Assembly (NCBI GenBank): GCA_031409275.1 | Contig: JANNXA010000004.1 | Coordinates: forward strand, 1 to 46,660 | Direction of reading: 5' to 3' | Length of the DNA stretch: 46,660 bases | Source of the DNA: Planctomycetota bacterium | Lineage (GTDB): Bacteria; Planctomycetota; B15-G4; SIAN01 | Shown here: piece by piece, positions 18,298 to 27,271 of the stretch | How positions within the stretch are numbered: the first letter of the stretch is position 1 | Layout: every line of letters begins with the position of its first letter | Translations under genes and position numbers: made by a program | The notes under the pieces: generated by a model | Told to the model about the DNA's origin: nothing | Database searches by the model: none | What the model saw: only the letters and a program-made list of their open reading frames with translations

Positions 18298-19329
18298 TCA
18301 GGTCAAGTCCTTGAAGGTGAACTTGCGGACGATCGCTTCCTTCGCGGCCTCCTTGCCGTCGATCTCGCAGTACGGGTAGATGAAGAAGTTGCGCGGACCG
18401 GACGCGGCAGCCGGCACGAGCGGCACATCGCGGCCGGTCGTGAACTCGACGCGGTCCTTGGTCAGGCCTCCGAAGTAGAAGTCGGCCATCTCCGGCTGCT
18501 TGTCCGCGACCTTGTCCGCCTCGCTGATGTCGACCGGCGTCCAGCCTTTCTGATCGACGAAGAACTCGGCCCAGCAGTGGTAGCCGCCGACCTCGCCTTC
18601 GGTCTTGTCGGTGGGAATCGACGCACCCATCAGGAAGCGCGCGGGCACCTGATTCGCACGCGTGAGCGACATGAAGTAGGCGTGGAAATCGGTGCAGTTG
18701 CCGTAACCCGCAGAGCAGGCCCACTCCGTCGACCCCGTTCCCCAACCGGTGCCGTCCTTGCTGTAGCGCATCTTCTGCAGGACGTGGTCATAGGCCTCGC
18801 GCCCGATCCCGAGCGGATCGCTCTTGCTCGGCTTGAATCCGCCGGAGAGGGTCGCGACTTCGGGGCCGACCGGGACGAGCTTCGAACCTGCGAGGTAGCG
18901 GGCGCGATCGGCCGGCGACAAAGAAGCCCCCGTGTCAGCCGCGGCGAAATCCGACTTCTCTTCGAGGCGGACCACGTCGAAGCTCAAGCGCACGGTCAGC
19001 GGCAGCTGCGCCGCCGGCACACGCGCGTGGAAGATCTTGTTTCCGAGCGTCGGCTCGACTTCGATCGAGTAGCCGTTCGGCGCGACCACCCCGTTGAGCT
19101 TTACGGTTTGAAACGGGGCATCCTGCGCGACCGGAAGCCACAGGTCGACTTGAGACGCACCCGCCGGCGCCTCCTTGACCGTCGCCTCATAGTTGAACTC
19201 GAAATGGCGGGACTTCGGATTCTTGAGTGTCGGAGCCGCCGATGCTCGGTTCGTTCTCAGCTCCGAATCGGCGGCGCAAGCCGCGGCCAGCAGCCCCAGG
19301 GCGATCGACGCGCATTTCGTGAGATTCAC
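18298..19329 (-). CDS. Transglutaminase-like domain lipoprotein
   Basis: Lipobox LAAAC. Catalytic triad motifs GNCTDFH, YHCWAEF and WTPVD. GTG start after AAGGAA. Confidence 0.88.
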   Translation of the reverse strand: MNLTKCASIALGLLAAACAADSELRTNRASAAPTLKNPKSRHFEFNYEATVKEAPAGASQVDLWLPVAQDAPFQTVKLNGVVAPNGYSIEVEPTLGNKIFHARVPAAQLPLTVRLSFDVVRLEEKSDFAAADTGASLSPADRARYLAGSKLVPVGPEVATLSGGFKPSKSDPLGIGREAYDHVLQKMRYSKDGTGWGTGSTEWACSAGYGNCTDFHAYFMSLTRANQVPARFLMGASIPTDKTEGEVGGYHCWAEFFVDQKGWTPVDISEADKVADKQPEMADFYFGGLTKDRVEFTTGRDVPLVPAAASGPRNFFIYPYCEIDGKEAAKEAIVRKFTFKDLT

Positions 19330-19696
19330 GGGCGGTTCCTTTCCAGCTGGAATTCGAATCGCGAGGAATCGTAACTGACGACGTCGGAAATCGGTTTTTC
19401 CAAGATCCCGCCGTGCTCCGCCCGTACGAACGACGGCTGCGTGGCATCTGCCACCGATCTCCGCTAGAGGGCGGGACAGTAGTTTTGAATCCGAACCAGT
19501 CCTTCCGCCCCCAGTGCGGATTCCGTCAAACTTCCTAGAAGGATCTGCAGTAGCAGTCGTCACAAGTCGAGTCGTCTTGAGGCGGAACTGGCGCGAACAC
19601 CGCGCGTAGCTGCTTCCGCCTGGCGAACGCTCAAGGATCCTCGTGGGTCCGAGCGCCCGCGCGACCGAACCAGCGCAATCCAGTGAGTCCTCCCCG

Positions 19697-19984
19697 ATGA
19701 ATGAAACGCCTGCCCCCCTCCCGACCTCTCGTCCGGCACTGCCCGAGCTGCCGGTACCGCCGTTTCCTTGGAGCGAGAACGTCGAGTACGTCCTCGCCCG
19801 CTACGAGCGGCAGCTCATCAACCACGCGCTCGCGAACGCCGACCACGTCAAGCGGCGCGCGGCGATGCTGCTCGGGATCTCGCGCTACGCGCTCGAGCGT
19901 CGCCTCATCCGCGTCGCCCAGCTCCTCGACGGCGCGCCCGCGCAGTCGAACAAGGCCGCAGCCGGTGGTGGTCCGTCGAGCTGA
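19697..19984 (+). CDS. Small stand-alone Fis-type (HTH_8) DNA-binding protein
   Basis: YERQLINHALANADHVKRRAAMLLGISRYALERRL. Confidence 0.75.
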   Translation: MNETPAPLPTSRPALPELPVPPFPWSENVEYVLARYERQLINHALANADHVKRRAAMLLGISRYALERRLIRVAQLLDGAPAQSNKAAAGGGPSS

Positions 19985-20138
19985 GTCATCGTGAGCGAAC
20001 GCGGATCGGCGAGCTGCATCGCGGGGGATGCAGCCTCGCTCAGACGGTCGTTGCAACGTGGCGAACGCGCAGCCGCACTTCGCGCTCCTTGATCGACCGT
20101 GCCGCGACCGCTTCAATCCTGCTCGAAGTTCCGACCGC

Positions 20139-20214
20139 GCGGGTGTAACTCAGTTGGCAGAGTGTCAGCTTCCCAAGCTGAATGTCGAGGGTTCGAACCC
20201 CTTCACCCGCTCCA
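20139..20214 (+). tRNA. tRNA-Gly (anticodon CCC)
   Basis: Acceptor stem GCGGGTG/CACCCGC, anticodon arm TCAGC-TTCCCAA-GCTGA, T-loop GTTCGAA and encoded CCA. Length 76 nt. Confidence 0.97.
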
Positions 20215-20325
20215 TTTCTAAGGCACGCTGAAGGCGCGACTTAGCGCCGCCGGCCCGCGCGGGCCGCGCAGCACGAGAGTCCCGGATTCGGGGGTAGTTA
20301 CCCCGGAAAGGGACGCGAGGCTGCA

Positions 20326-21495
20326 ATGAACGACCACGTTCCGGCGTACGTGCACCACCGACCGACGGGCCAAGCGCGGGTCCGCATCAAGGGTCGGGAC
20401 TTCTACCTGGGCCCGTTCCGCTCGAAGGCGAGCCGGATCGAGTACGACCGCCTGATCGGCGAGTGGCTCGCGAACGGCCGCCGGCTCGCGCAGCCCGATC
20501 GATCGTCCGAGGTGACCGTGAACCGCGTGCTCGCCGCGTTCATCGATCACGCCGAGCAGCACTACCGCAAGAACGGCCAGCCGACCGGCGAGGCTCAGAA
20601 CTTCGTCTACGCCCTCGCCCATGTCCGCCGGCTCTACGGCCAGCGCCCCGCCACCGAGTTCCGCGGGCTCGCGCTCAAGACCGTACGCGAGAAGATGATC
20701 GCCGCCGGCGACTGCCGCAATCGGATCAACCGGCAGGTCAGCCGGATCAAGCACGTCTTCAAGTGGGCCGTCGCCAACGAGCTGATCCCGCCGGACAGCT
20801 ACCAGGCACTCGTCACCGTCGAGGGGCTCGATCGCGGGCGCTCGAACGCGCGCGAGTCCTTTCCGGTCCGGCCGGTCGACGAGCAGTACGCGCGGGCGAT
20901 CTTCCGATTCGTCTCGCCGCAGGTGCGCGCGATGATCGAGCTCCAACTCCTGACCGGGATGCGGCCGGGCGAGGTGGTCCTCATGCGCAACGGCGACATC
21001 GATCGATCGCGGGCGACTTGGGTCTATCGACCTGCGACGCATAAGACCGAGCACCACGGCTTCCAGCGGCAGGTCGTGCTCGGCCCTCGGGCGCAAGAAG
21101 TCATCCGGCCGTTCCTCAAGCAGGACGGCGGTGCCTATCTATTCAGCCCGAAGGAGGCGCAGGCCATCCGCCACGCCCGACAGCGGGACGAACGGCGGAC
21201 GCCGCTCACCCCAAGCCAGCGCGCCCGGAAGCCGATGAAGCGTCCGCGCATTGCCCCGGCGGACCACTACCCACGCGAGAGCTACGCGAACGCGATCCGC
21301 CGCGCCTGCCTCTTCGCCGGGGTGGTCCGCTGGCATCCGAACCAACTGCGCCACACCGCGGCCACGATGCTGCGCAAGCGGTACGGGCTCGAGGTCGCCC
21401 GCGCGGCGCTCGGCCATCGGTCGGCGGTGACGACCGAGCGGTACGCCGAGGTCGACACCGAGCGCGTCGCAGAGGTCATGCAGCAGGTGGGGTGA
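20326..21495 (+). CDS. Tyrosine recombinase/integrase
   Basis: Catalytic motifs TGMRPGE, HKT, HPNQLRH, LGH and ERY. N-terminal arm-binding-like domain HHRPTGQARVRIKGRDFYLG. Confidence 0.95.
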   Translation: MNDHVPAYVHHRPTGQARVRIKGRDFYLGPFRSKASRIEYDRLIGEWLANGRRLAQPDRSSEVTVNRVLAAFIDHAEQHYRKNGQPTGEAQNFVYALAHVRRLYGQRPATEFRGLALKTVREKMIAAGDCRNRINRQVSRIKHVFKWAVANELIPPDSYQALVTVEGLDRGRSNARESFPVRPVDEQYARAIFRFVSPQVRAMIELQLLTGMRPGEVVLMRNGDIDRSRATWVYRPATHKTEHHGFQRQVVLGPRAQEVIRPFLKQDGGAYLFSPKEAQAIRHARQRDERRTPLTPSQRARKPMKRPRIAPADHYPRESYANAIRRACLFAGVVRWHPNQLRHTAATMLRKRYGLEVARAALGHRSAVTTERYAEVDTERVAEVMQQVG

Positions 21496-21534
21496 GCGCA
21501 CCGTCACGCGGTCGGCAGCGCAGAACAACATGGA

Positions 21535-22377
21535 GTGGTCGTGAAACGTCCACGTCGAAAGAGTGCGGCTGCGCCGACGGCTGTCCCCACGCCTGCCCGC
21601 AGAGCGACTAGCAGCCGGCCCCTCCCGCCGGTGCGCCTCGCGCTCGACTATTCATTCGACGTACTCCGCCAACTTTCGCGGCTCAAGAGCACCATGTACT
21701 TCGCGACTCAAGGCAGCGCTGAACCCGAAGTTGCCAAATGGCTTGGCGGCGAGGTGATCGATGCGTGCCACGAATTGGTGACCATGCGCAACACGATGCG
21801 TGATTGGCTCGATCGCACCCGAGCCCACCTCTGCCTCCGCGCGGCTGCTAGGGTGACGCAGGACGTGGGACGACTTGCGTTCCGGCTACGACGGGTCGTC
21901 CTGAACATCGTCTCAACTTGGGTGGCTCCGCTCTTGAAGCCACCAGCGATTCCGAAAACGTTGCCACCATCGCTTCAGAACTTCTTCAAGATCTTCCCCT
22001 CGGGTGTCCCGCCGCGGCAGTTCATGCTCGATCTCAATGAGTACCTCGTGCGGATCGACGTGACCAGCTTGCTCGCAAGCGCCGACATGCTCTTGGCACA
22101 GATCCCGCAAGCCGAAACGCTTACGCGAAATCAGACTGAGTTGCTCACGTTCCTGAAGACGCACGGTCCCCACAAGCGGAACACACTGGCGGACGGGCTC
22201 AAGACCGATGCATCGGGACTGTATTCGATCGCCCGTTGGGGGCTCTCCGACCTGATGCACCGAGGCATCGTCGAAAACGGTGACCTGGGCTACTTCGTCG
22301 TGACGCCATCTGAAGCGCCACCCCGCCCAGAGCTCGGAGCAGGCCACGCCGCCGATGCGCCACCGGCGGCCGACTGA
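21535..22377 (+). CDS. Hypothetical protein with probable C-terminal winged helix-turn-helix
   Basis: 280-aa ORF in the int-xis-primase cluster. The C-terminus LTRNQTELLTFLKTHGP...LSDLMHRGIVEN..GYFV looks like a wHTH. The start may be the GTG at 21541. Confidence 0.6.
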   Translation: MVVKRPRRKSAAAPTAVPTPARRATSSRPLPPVRLALDYSFDVLRQLSRLKSTMYFATQGSAEPEVAKWLGGEVIDACHELVTMRNTMRDWLDRTRAHLCLRAAARVTQDVGRLAFRLRRVVLNIVSTWVAPLLKPPAIPKTLPPSLQNFFKIFPSGVPPRQFMLDLNEYLVRIDVTSLLASADMLLAQIPQAETLTRNQTELLTFLKTHGPHKRNTLADGLKTDASGLYSIARWGLSDLMHRGIVENGDLGYFVVTPSEAPPRPELGAGHAADAPPAAD

Positions 22378-22381
22378 AGGC

Positions 22382-22415
22382 TCTGCCACCAAGTCTGCCA
22401 CCAACTCGCCACCAG
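22382..22415 (+). repeat. Three 12-bp-spaced direct repeats (core GCCACCA)
   Basis: TCTGCCACCAA-G-TCTGCCACCAA-C-TCGCCACCAG upstream of the DUF1580-like gene. Confidence 0.75.
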
Positions 22416-22485
22416 ACGTTTCCGCCTCGCGCCCGCACACTTGCCCTCACTCGTCCAGCATTTCGCTGGCGACGGAGGGCAATCG

Positions 22486-22785
22486 ATGGAAACCGACGAA
22501 CCGCTCATCACGCTCACCGAAGCGACGAAGCTCAAGTGGCTGCCGCGTCGCCGCAAGGGCGCGCGACCCCACCTGAGCACGATCCTGCGCTGGATCCTCC
22601 ACGGCGTCGGAGGCGTGCGACTGAACGCGTGGAAGGTCGGCAACGCTTGGTGCACGACCGAGCGCAGCCTCCGCGACTTCTTCGCTCGGCTCGCGGCCCA
22701 GCCGGCGTCTTCCCCCGCGCAGGCTTCATCGAGCGACGCTGACCGACGTGCCGAGGAGACACTCGACCGGGCGGGCGTTCGATGA
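22486..22785 (+). CDS. DUF1580-like small DNA-binding protein (excisionase/AlpA-like)
   Basis: LITLTEA...PHLSTILRWILHGVGGVRLNAWKVGNAWCTTERSLRDF. GGAGG RBS before the ATG at 22486. Confidence 0.8.
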   Translation: METDEPLITLTEATKLKWLPRRRKGARPHLSTILRWILHGVGGVRLNAWKVGNAWCTTERSLRDFFARLAAQPASSPAQASSSDADRRAEETLDRAGVR

Positions 22786-22926
22786 CCCGGACTATCGGCA
22801 ACGCCTGCCAGCGTGGGGCACTCGCACGTCCAGGACTGTCGCAGCCCAATCGTGCGCTTTCTGGAGTCCGACGGGCCGCATCGATTGCGCGAGTGATCTC
22901 CGACCGGCTCAGTTCGGGGACACGCA

Positions 22927-25338
22927 ATGGCTCGTAGGAGTCCGGGCGTCGTCGACTTCCGAGTCGACGAAGCCCTGAAGGCATTTGACCGGGGCTGGAA
23001 GCTCACGCCGCTGCGCGGAAAGCAGCCATTTCTCAAGAACTGGCAAAACCTCGATGCGCCGGATCGCGCGACGGTCGAACGATGGGCCCGCGAGGGAAAC
23101 GTCGGGCTGCGGACCGGCAGTGCCTCCGGCGTCGTCGTCATCGACGACGACACGCCGGACGGATCTGGCACGGACCAGCTAAACCTACCGCCAACGCAAA
23201 CTGTCATCACGGGGAGCGGCAAGCGGCACCTCTACTTCAAGCGACCGGCCACGGGCCTCAAGAACTCCGTCAAGAAGATCGCGTCCCACGTCGATGTGCG
23301 CGGCGACGGCGGCCAGGCCGTCTTCGTCGGGTCCATCCATCCCGAGACTCAGCAGCCCTACCGGTGGTCGCCAGGTCGGTCACCCGACGATGTCGAACTT
23401 GCCGAGGTCCCAGAGTCGATTCTTCAGCGTCTCGCCGGCCGCCGGCCGCGCCCTCGGCCAACGACGGATACCGCTCGACGCCTCTCGGGGAGAGACCTCG
23501 GCCGTCTTCGAAGGTACGCAACAAGCCAACTACTCCATGCCGCAGAGCGAATCGCCGCAGCGCCTGAAGGGCAACGCAACGAGACTCTGAATCGCGAGAC
23601 GTTCGGCCTGGCACGCCTTGTCGGCAGCGAGCTTCTCCATCGCAGCGACGTCGAGCAGCGGTTGCTGGCCGCTGGTGTGCGATCAGGTCTGCCCGAAGGC
23701 GAAGTACTCAGCACGCTCAAGAGCGGCCTCGACGCCGGGATCGTCGAGCCACTGTCGCTGCCGGACCTGCTTGCAACTCTTTCCAGATCGACATCGCCAT
23801 CGGAGACCGACAAGGCGCGTCCAACCATCCTCGTCGAAGGTGGACGCCTATCGGAGATCGTCGATCAAGCAGAACAGGCACTACTGGCCGGCGGAGGCCC
23901 TCCCGTGTTCCAGTACGGCGGAGTGCTGGTCCGCGCCGTCCGAGTCCAGGGCGGTGAGCTTGCTCGGGATCCACTTGCGCAATCGGGTGCTTTGCTGCTG
24001 CGACCGATCGAGCTTTCGTACTTGCGCGAGCAATTCACCAAGGCAGCTCGGTTCGAGTTCCTGCGGGGTGACGGCGTAGAGGTGATCGACGCGCCCGAGC
24101 GGGTGGTCACCACCTACCTCGGTCGCGAAGGCCAGTGGAAGGTGCCTGTACTCCTCGGCGTCATCGAAGCACCAACGTTGCGTACGGACGGATCGATTCT
24201 CGATCAGGCAGGCTACGACCGAGAAACCGGTCTTTTCTTCGATCCTGGGAGCACCCAATTCGAGGTCGTTCCGTCAACGCCCCTGCGCTCCGACGCAGTT
24301 CAGGCGCTCGCGCGGCTCAACGACTTGCTGAAGGGTTTCCCGTGGGTCGCAGACTCGGACCGAGCGGCCGCGCTGAGCGCGATTCTCACGGCGCTCGTCC
24401 GCCGATCTCTTCACACGGCACCCCTCATTGCCATTCGTGCTCCGAAGATGGGTAGCGGCAAGTCACTATTCATTGACGTCGTCTCGCTCATCGCAACCGG
24501 CCGACCGGCACCCGTGATGAGTGTCGGACGAGACGAGGACGAAGATCGAAAGCGCCTCTTTGCCGCGCTGCTTGCGGGTTTGTCGATCATCTGCCTCGAC
24601 AACGTCAGCCGGGAACTCGGAGGCGACGCTCTTTGTTCGATGCTGACGCAGTCCTTCTACGAGGACCGAATGCTGATGTCGTCCAAGATCGCGCGGGTGT
24701 CAACCAGGGCCACGTTCTTTGCTACCGGCAACAACCTGACCTTTCGCGGCGACATGACGAGGCGAACGATTCCCATCGACCTTGACCCTAAGTGCGAGAA
24801 GCCGGAGGAGAGGAAGTTCGAGGTCAACCTCCATGAGTACATCCCAGCGCATCGAGGGGAGATCGTTCGAGATGCGCTGACGGTGCTTCGCGCGTTCGAC
24901 GTGGCCGGCCGGCCAACCCAATCGCTCCCGGCATTCGGGAGCTTTGAGCAGTGGTCAAGCTACGTACGGTCCGCGCTCGTCTGGGCAGGCGAAGCTGATC
25001 CGTGCGCGGGCCGCTCCCGAATCACGGACACTGATCCCGAGCGTGAGATTCTGGCAAGTATCCTCACTCACTGGTACGCGCTCTTCGGCGACCACGTCAA
25101 GACCGCGATCGACGTCATTCGTGAGGCCGGTGGCCCCGGCGGCACCGTACCCAACGAGCTTTGGGACGACCTCTGCGCGGTCTCCCTGGGACGCGATGGT
25201 GCCCCTGACGCGCGCCGCCTTGGACATTGGCTCAAGAAGGTCGAGTCACGGATTGAGCAGGGGCTGCAGGTGATCCGTGCTGGCGATCGACAGAACGCAG
25301 TTCTCTGGCGGGTCGTGAGAGTCGCCCCGCAACCGTGA
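22927..25338 (+). CDS. Bifunctional DNA primase/polymerase (Prim-Pol) fused to PriCT-like and P-loop helicase-like domains
   Basis: NVGLRTG..SGVVVIDDD, TGSGKRHLYF and DVRGDGG (Prim-Pol), PEGQRNETL (PriCT-like), GSGKS Walker A, LDNV and ATGNN. Confidence 0.88.
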   Translation: MARRSPGVVDFRVDEALKAFDRGWKLTPLRGKQPFLKNWQNLDAPDRATVERWAREGNVGLRTGSASGVVVIDDDTPDGSGTDQLNLPPTQTVITGSGKRHLYFKRPATGLKNSVKKIASHVDVRGDGGQAVFVGSIHPETQQPYRWSPGRSPDDVELAEVPESILQRLAGRRPRPRPTTDTARRLSGRDLGRLRRYATSQLLHAAERIAAAPEGQRNETLNRETFGLARLVGSELLHRSDVEQRLLAAGVRSGLPEGEVLSTLKSGLDAGIVEPLSLPDLLATLSRSTSPSETDKARPTILVEGGRLSEIVDQAEQALLAGGGPPVFQYGGVLVRAVRVQGGELARDPLAQSGALLLRPIELSYLREQFTKAARFEFLRGDGVEVIDAPERVVTTYLGREGQWKVPVLLGVIEAPTLRTDGSILDQAGYDRETGLFFDPGSTQFEVVPSTPLRSDAVQALARLNDLLKGFPWVADSDRAAALSAILTALVRRSLHTAPLIAIRAPKMGSGKSLFIDVVSLIATGRPAPVMSVGRDEDEDRKRLFAALLAGLSIICLDNVSRELGGDALCSMLTQSFYEDRMLMSSKIARVSTRATFFATGNNLTFRGDMTRRTIPIDLDPKCEKPEERKFEVNLHEYIPAHRGEIVRDALTVLRAFDVAGRPTQSLPAFGSFEQWSSYVRSALVWAGEADPCAGRSRITDTDPEREILASILTHWYALFGDHVKTAIDVIREAGGPGGTVPNELWDDLCAVSLGRDGAPDARRLGHWLKKVESRIEQGLQVIRAGDRQNAVLWRVVRVAPQP

Positions 25339-25477
25339 GTTCGGTGAGTAGGGTGAGTTCTTCCGGTCCGGTTTCGGCGACCGGCCATGCGTCGGCATCC
25401 CGGCCGTGGGGGTCCAGTACGAAAGCGGGGCCGATCCGAATCGACTGCCACGAACTCACGCAAGTCACCGAACTTGC
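25335..25477. repeat. Inverted arrays of 9-bp-spaced iterons; putative replication origin
   Basis: GTGAGT at 25335, 25344 and 25353. Inverted ACTCAC/AGTCAC/ACTTGC at 25454, 25463 and 25472. Confidence 0.65.
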
Positions 25478-25620
25478 CGTGTCAGTAGGACCGAGGCTCC
25501 CCCGTAGGCACCGCGGCGCCGCCTTTTCCGGCCCCGCGTGCGGCCCTGTCGGGGGGACTCCAGGTCTTCCGACGGCCGGTCGATTGGCGGAGTGCAACTA
25601 CCATTGCACCGCTCGGACAC

Positions 25621-26552
25621 CTACGGATGCGGCACGTCCACCCCAAGCACCTTCGCGAACGATGCGAAGAACGCCTCGTCCACCCGGAATGCCTTTACCG
25701 GCACGAGCCCGATCTCGAGTTCCTCGAGCATGTTGACCAGCTTCTGGCCATCGACCAAGTCGATCGGCGGCACGCCGTCGTGCACGGCCTCCTTCTTCGC
25801 CTCTGCGGTGAACGCCCCGGTGGTCAGGATGATGCCCTTGTCGGCCCGCCCGCCCATCGCCCCGCGGAACTCCCGCACCTGCGACGGGGTCACGCTCCGC
25901 GCGTAGCACTTGCACTGGAAGAGCACCTTGAAGCTCACGAGCGCGTCGAACTGCAGGATGCCGACGCCGTCGATGCCGCCGTCGCCCGCACGGCCGGTGA
26001 CACCGACGTTCTGGAAGCCGGCTTCGCGTAGCAGCCGCTGGCAGAACCGCTCGAAGCCGGATGGCGGCAGAGCTTGCAGGATCTCGATAACGCGCGTCCC
26101 GTGGTCGCCGACACTGCTCGCCGCGTCGTCGTCGGCCGGCGGAGCATGGTCTTCCGCGCCAGCTAGCAGGGAACCCTCGCCGGGATCCCTGCGCTTCGCT
26201 CAGCGGCCATGTCGGTTCGGACCTCGCGGAAGAGATCCAGCGCCTGCGCCGGAGTCAGCGACGGGGCATTGCGTCCCCTCTCCGTCAGCGTCCAGATGCC
26301 GCGCTTTGACGAGTCGAGGAGACCGGCGAGAACGAGGTAGAAGCGCGCCCACGCCATCTGGTTTTCGTGACGCGGGACGCCGCTCGACGTCTGTCTGTGC
26401 TGCGCGCGCCACAGCCTCAAGCCCGAGGGACTCCGCAACCCGCTCGTAGACCTCCTGCGGCCAATCCGAGCCACCGAGCGCCCGTACGGCATCGAGGACC
26501 GGGCCGAACATGGCCACGAACTTCGGCCCGGTGGCTGGCGGCTTCTCGCCAA
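25621..26552 (-). pseudogene. mrr: Mrr-family (type IV) restriction endonuclease, frameshifted
   Basis: Pieces lie in successive frames: GPKFVAMFGPVLDAVRALGGS / ENQMAWARFYLV.AGLLDSSKRGIWTLTERG / FERFCQRLL..GF..V.VTG..GDGGIDG..QCKCY..VREFRG..ILTTG..LVDG. Shifts occur near 26395 (CTGT duplication) and 26205. Confidence 0.88.
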
Positions 26553-26649
26553 TCTGCTCCCCCGTTCGTCGGGAGCGGTCATTCGGCGATCGGCCCGGCT
26601 GGGCCGCACCGAATCAGCGATCGGGCCAATCCGGTCGAGCTTGCCCCGC

Positions 26650-26665
26650 ACTGGTCTAGACCATT
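26650..26665. promoter_or_regulatory. Palindromic operator-like site ACTGGTCTAGACCATT
   Basis: Perfect 12-bp palindrome TGGTCTAGACCA (26652-26663) between the divergent mrr and XRE genes. Confidence 0.55.
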
Positions 26666-26688
26666 GCAGGGAGCAAGCTCCCGCGGCG

Positions 26689-26932
26689 ATGGGTTCCTCC
26701 AAGGCGCTTCAGACCCGGCGGTACCAAAGCGTTCCGCGAGCGCCTTCGGCAGGCCCGCAGCGACGACTCCGGACTCACGCAGGAAGAGGTCGCCGCGAAG
26801 GTCGGACGCCCGCAAACCTGGGTCTCGAAGTGCGAGCTCGGCGAGCGGCGCGTGGACTTTGTCGAACTCGAGGATCTCGCGGCCGCCTACGGGAAGCCGC
26901 TGCCCTTCTTTACGACGAAATCAAAGAGCTGA
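26689..26932 (+). pseudogene. XRE-family HTH regulator with +1 frameshift (not in the ORF track as such)
   Basis: MGSSKALQTRRYQ, then a shift at CAAAGCG (~26727) into AFRERLRQAR..SGLTQEEVAAKVGRPQTWVSKCELGERRVDFVELEDLAAAYGKPLPFF..stop. Confidence 0.82.
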
Positions 26933-27271
26933 GCTTCGCAGACGCGGGTTTGACGGCCCGCGCTGAGAGAACTACGTTGGCCGCCGTCGCCCACCTCTCC
27001 GATTCGTCGGACCTCGAACTACCCCTTCGAATCCGGCCGGGCAGACCGGAGAGGCGGGCGACTTGCTCGGCGGGAGCTGGCTGGCCAGCACGATGGAACG
27101 CGCGCCGATTCGAACTTCCAATGTTGGCGCCAGGCGAGGAGTGCCGACGAGAGACTTCGAAGGGCAGTTGGTGAGGCGGCAATACGAATCCCGCCGAGAT
27201 CGCGCGGATTCGTGGAAGCGAACCTCGGTTCCAGGACACTAGCCTCGCTCGCCCCAGAAAGCGGGGAGAGC

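Noticed and set aside
19589..19605. Sigma-54 promoter (TGGCGC...) before the Fis-like gene
   Set aside because: The -12 element reads CCGC rather than TTGC, which is too weak.
19697..21495. PICMI-type integration at a fis gene
   Set aside because: A Fis-like HTH is nearby, but an intact tRNA-Gly lies between it and the integrase and is the more parsimonious attachment site.
22782..22937. 51-aa ORF coupled to the DUF1580-like stop (MTRTIGNACQRG...)
   Set aside because: Short, with no recognisable motif. It cannot be supported from sequence alone.
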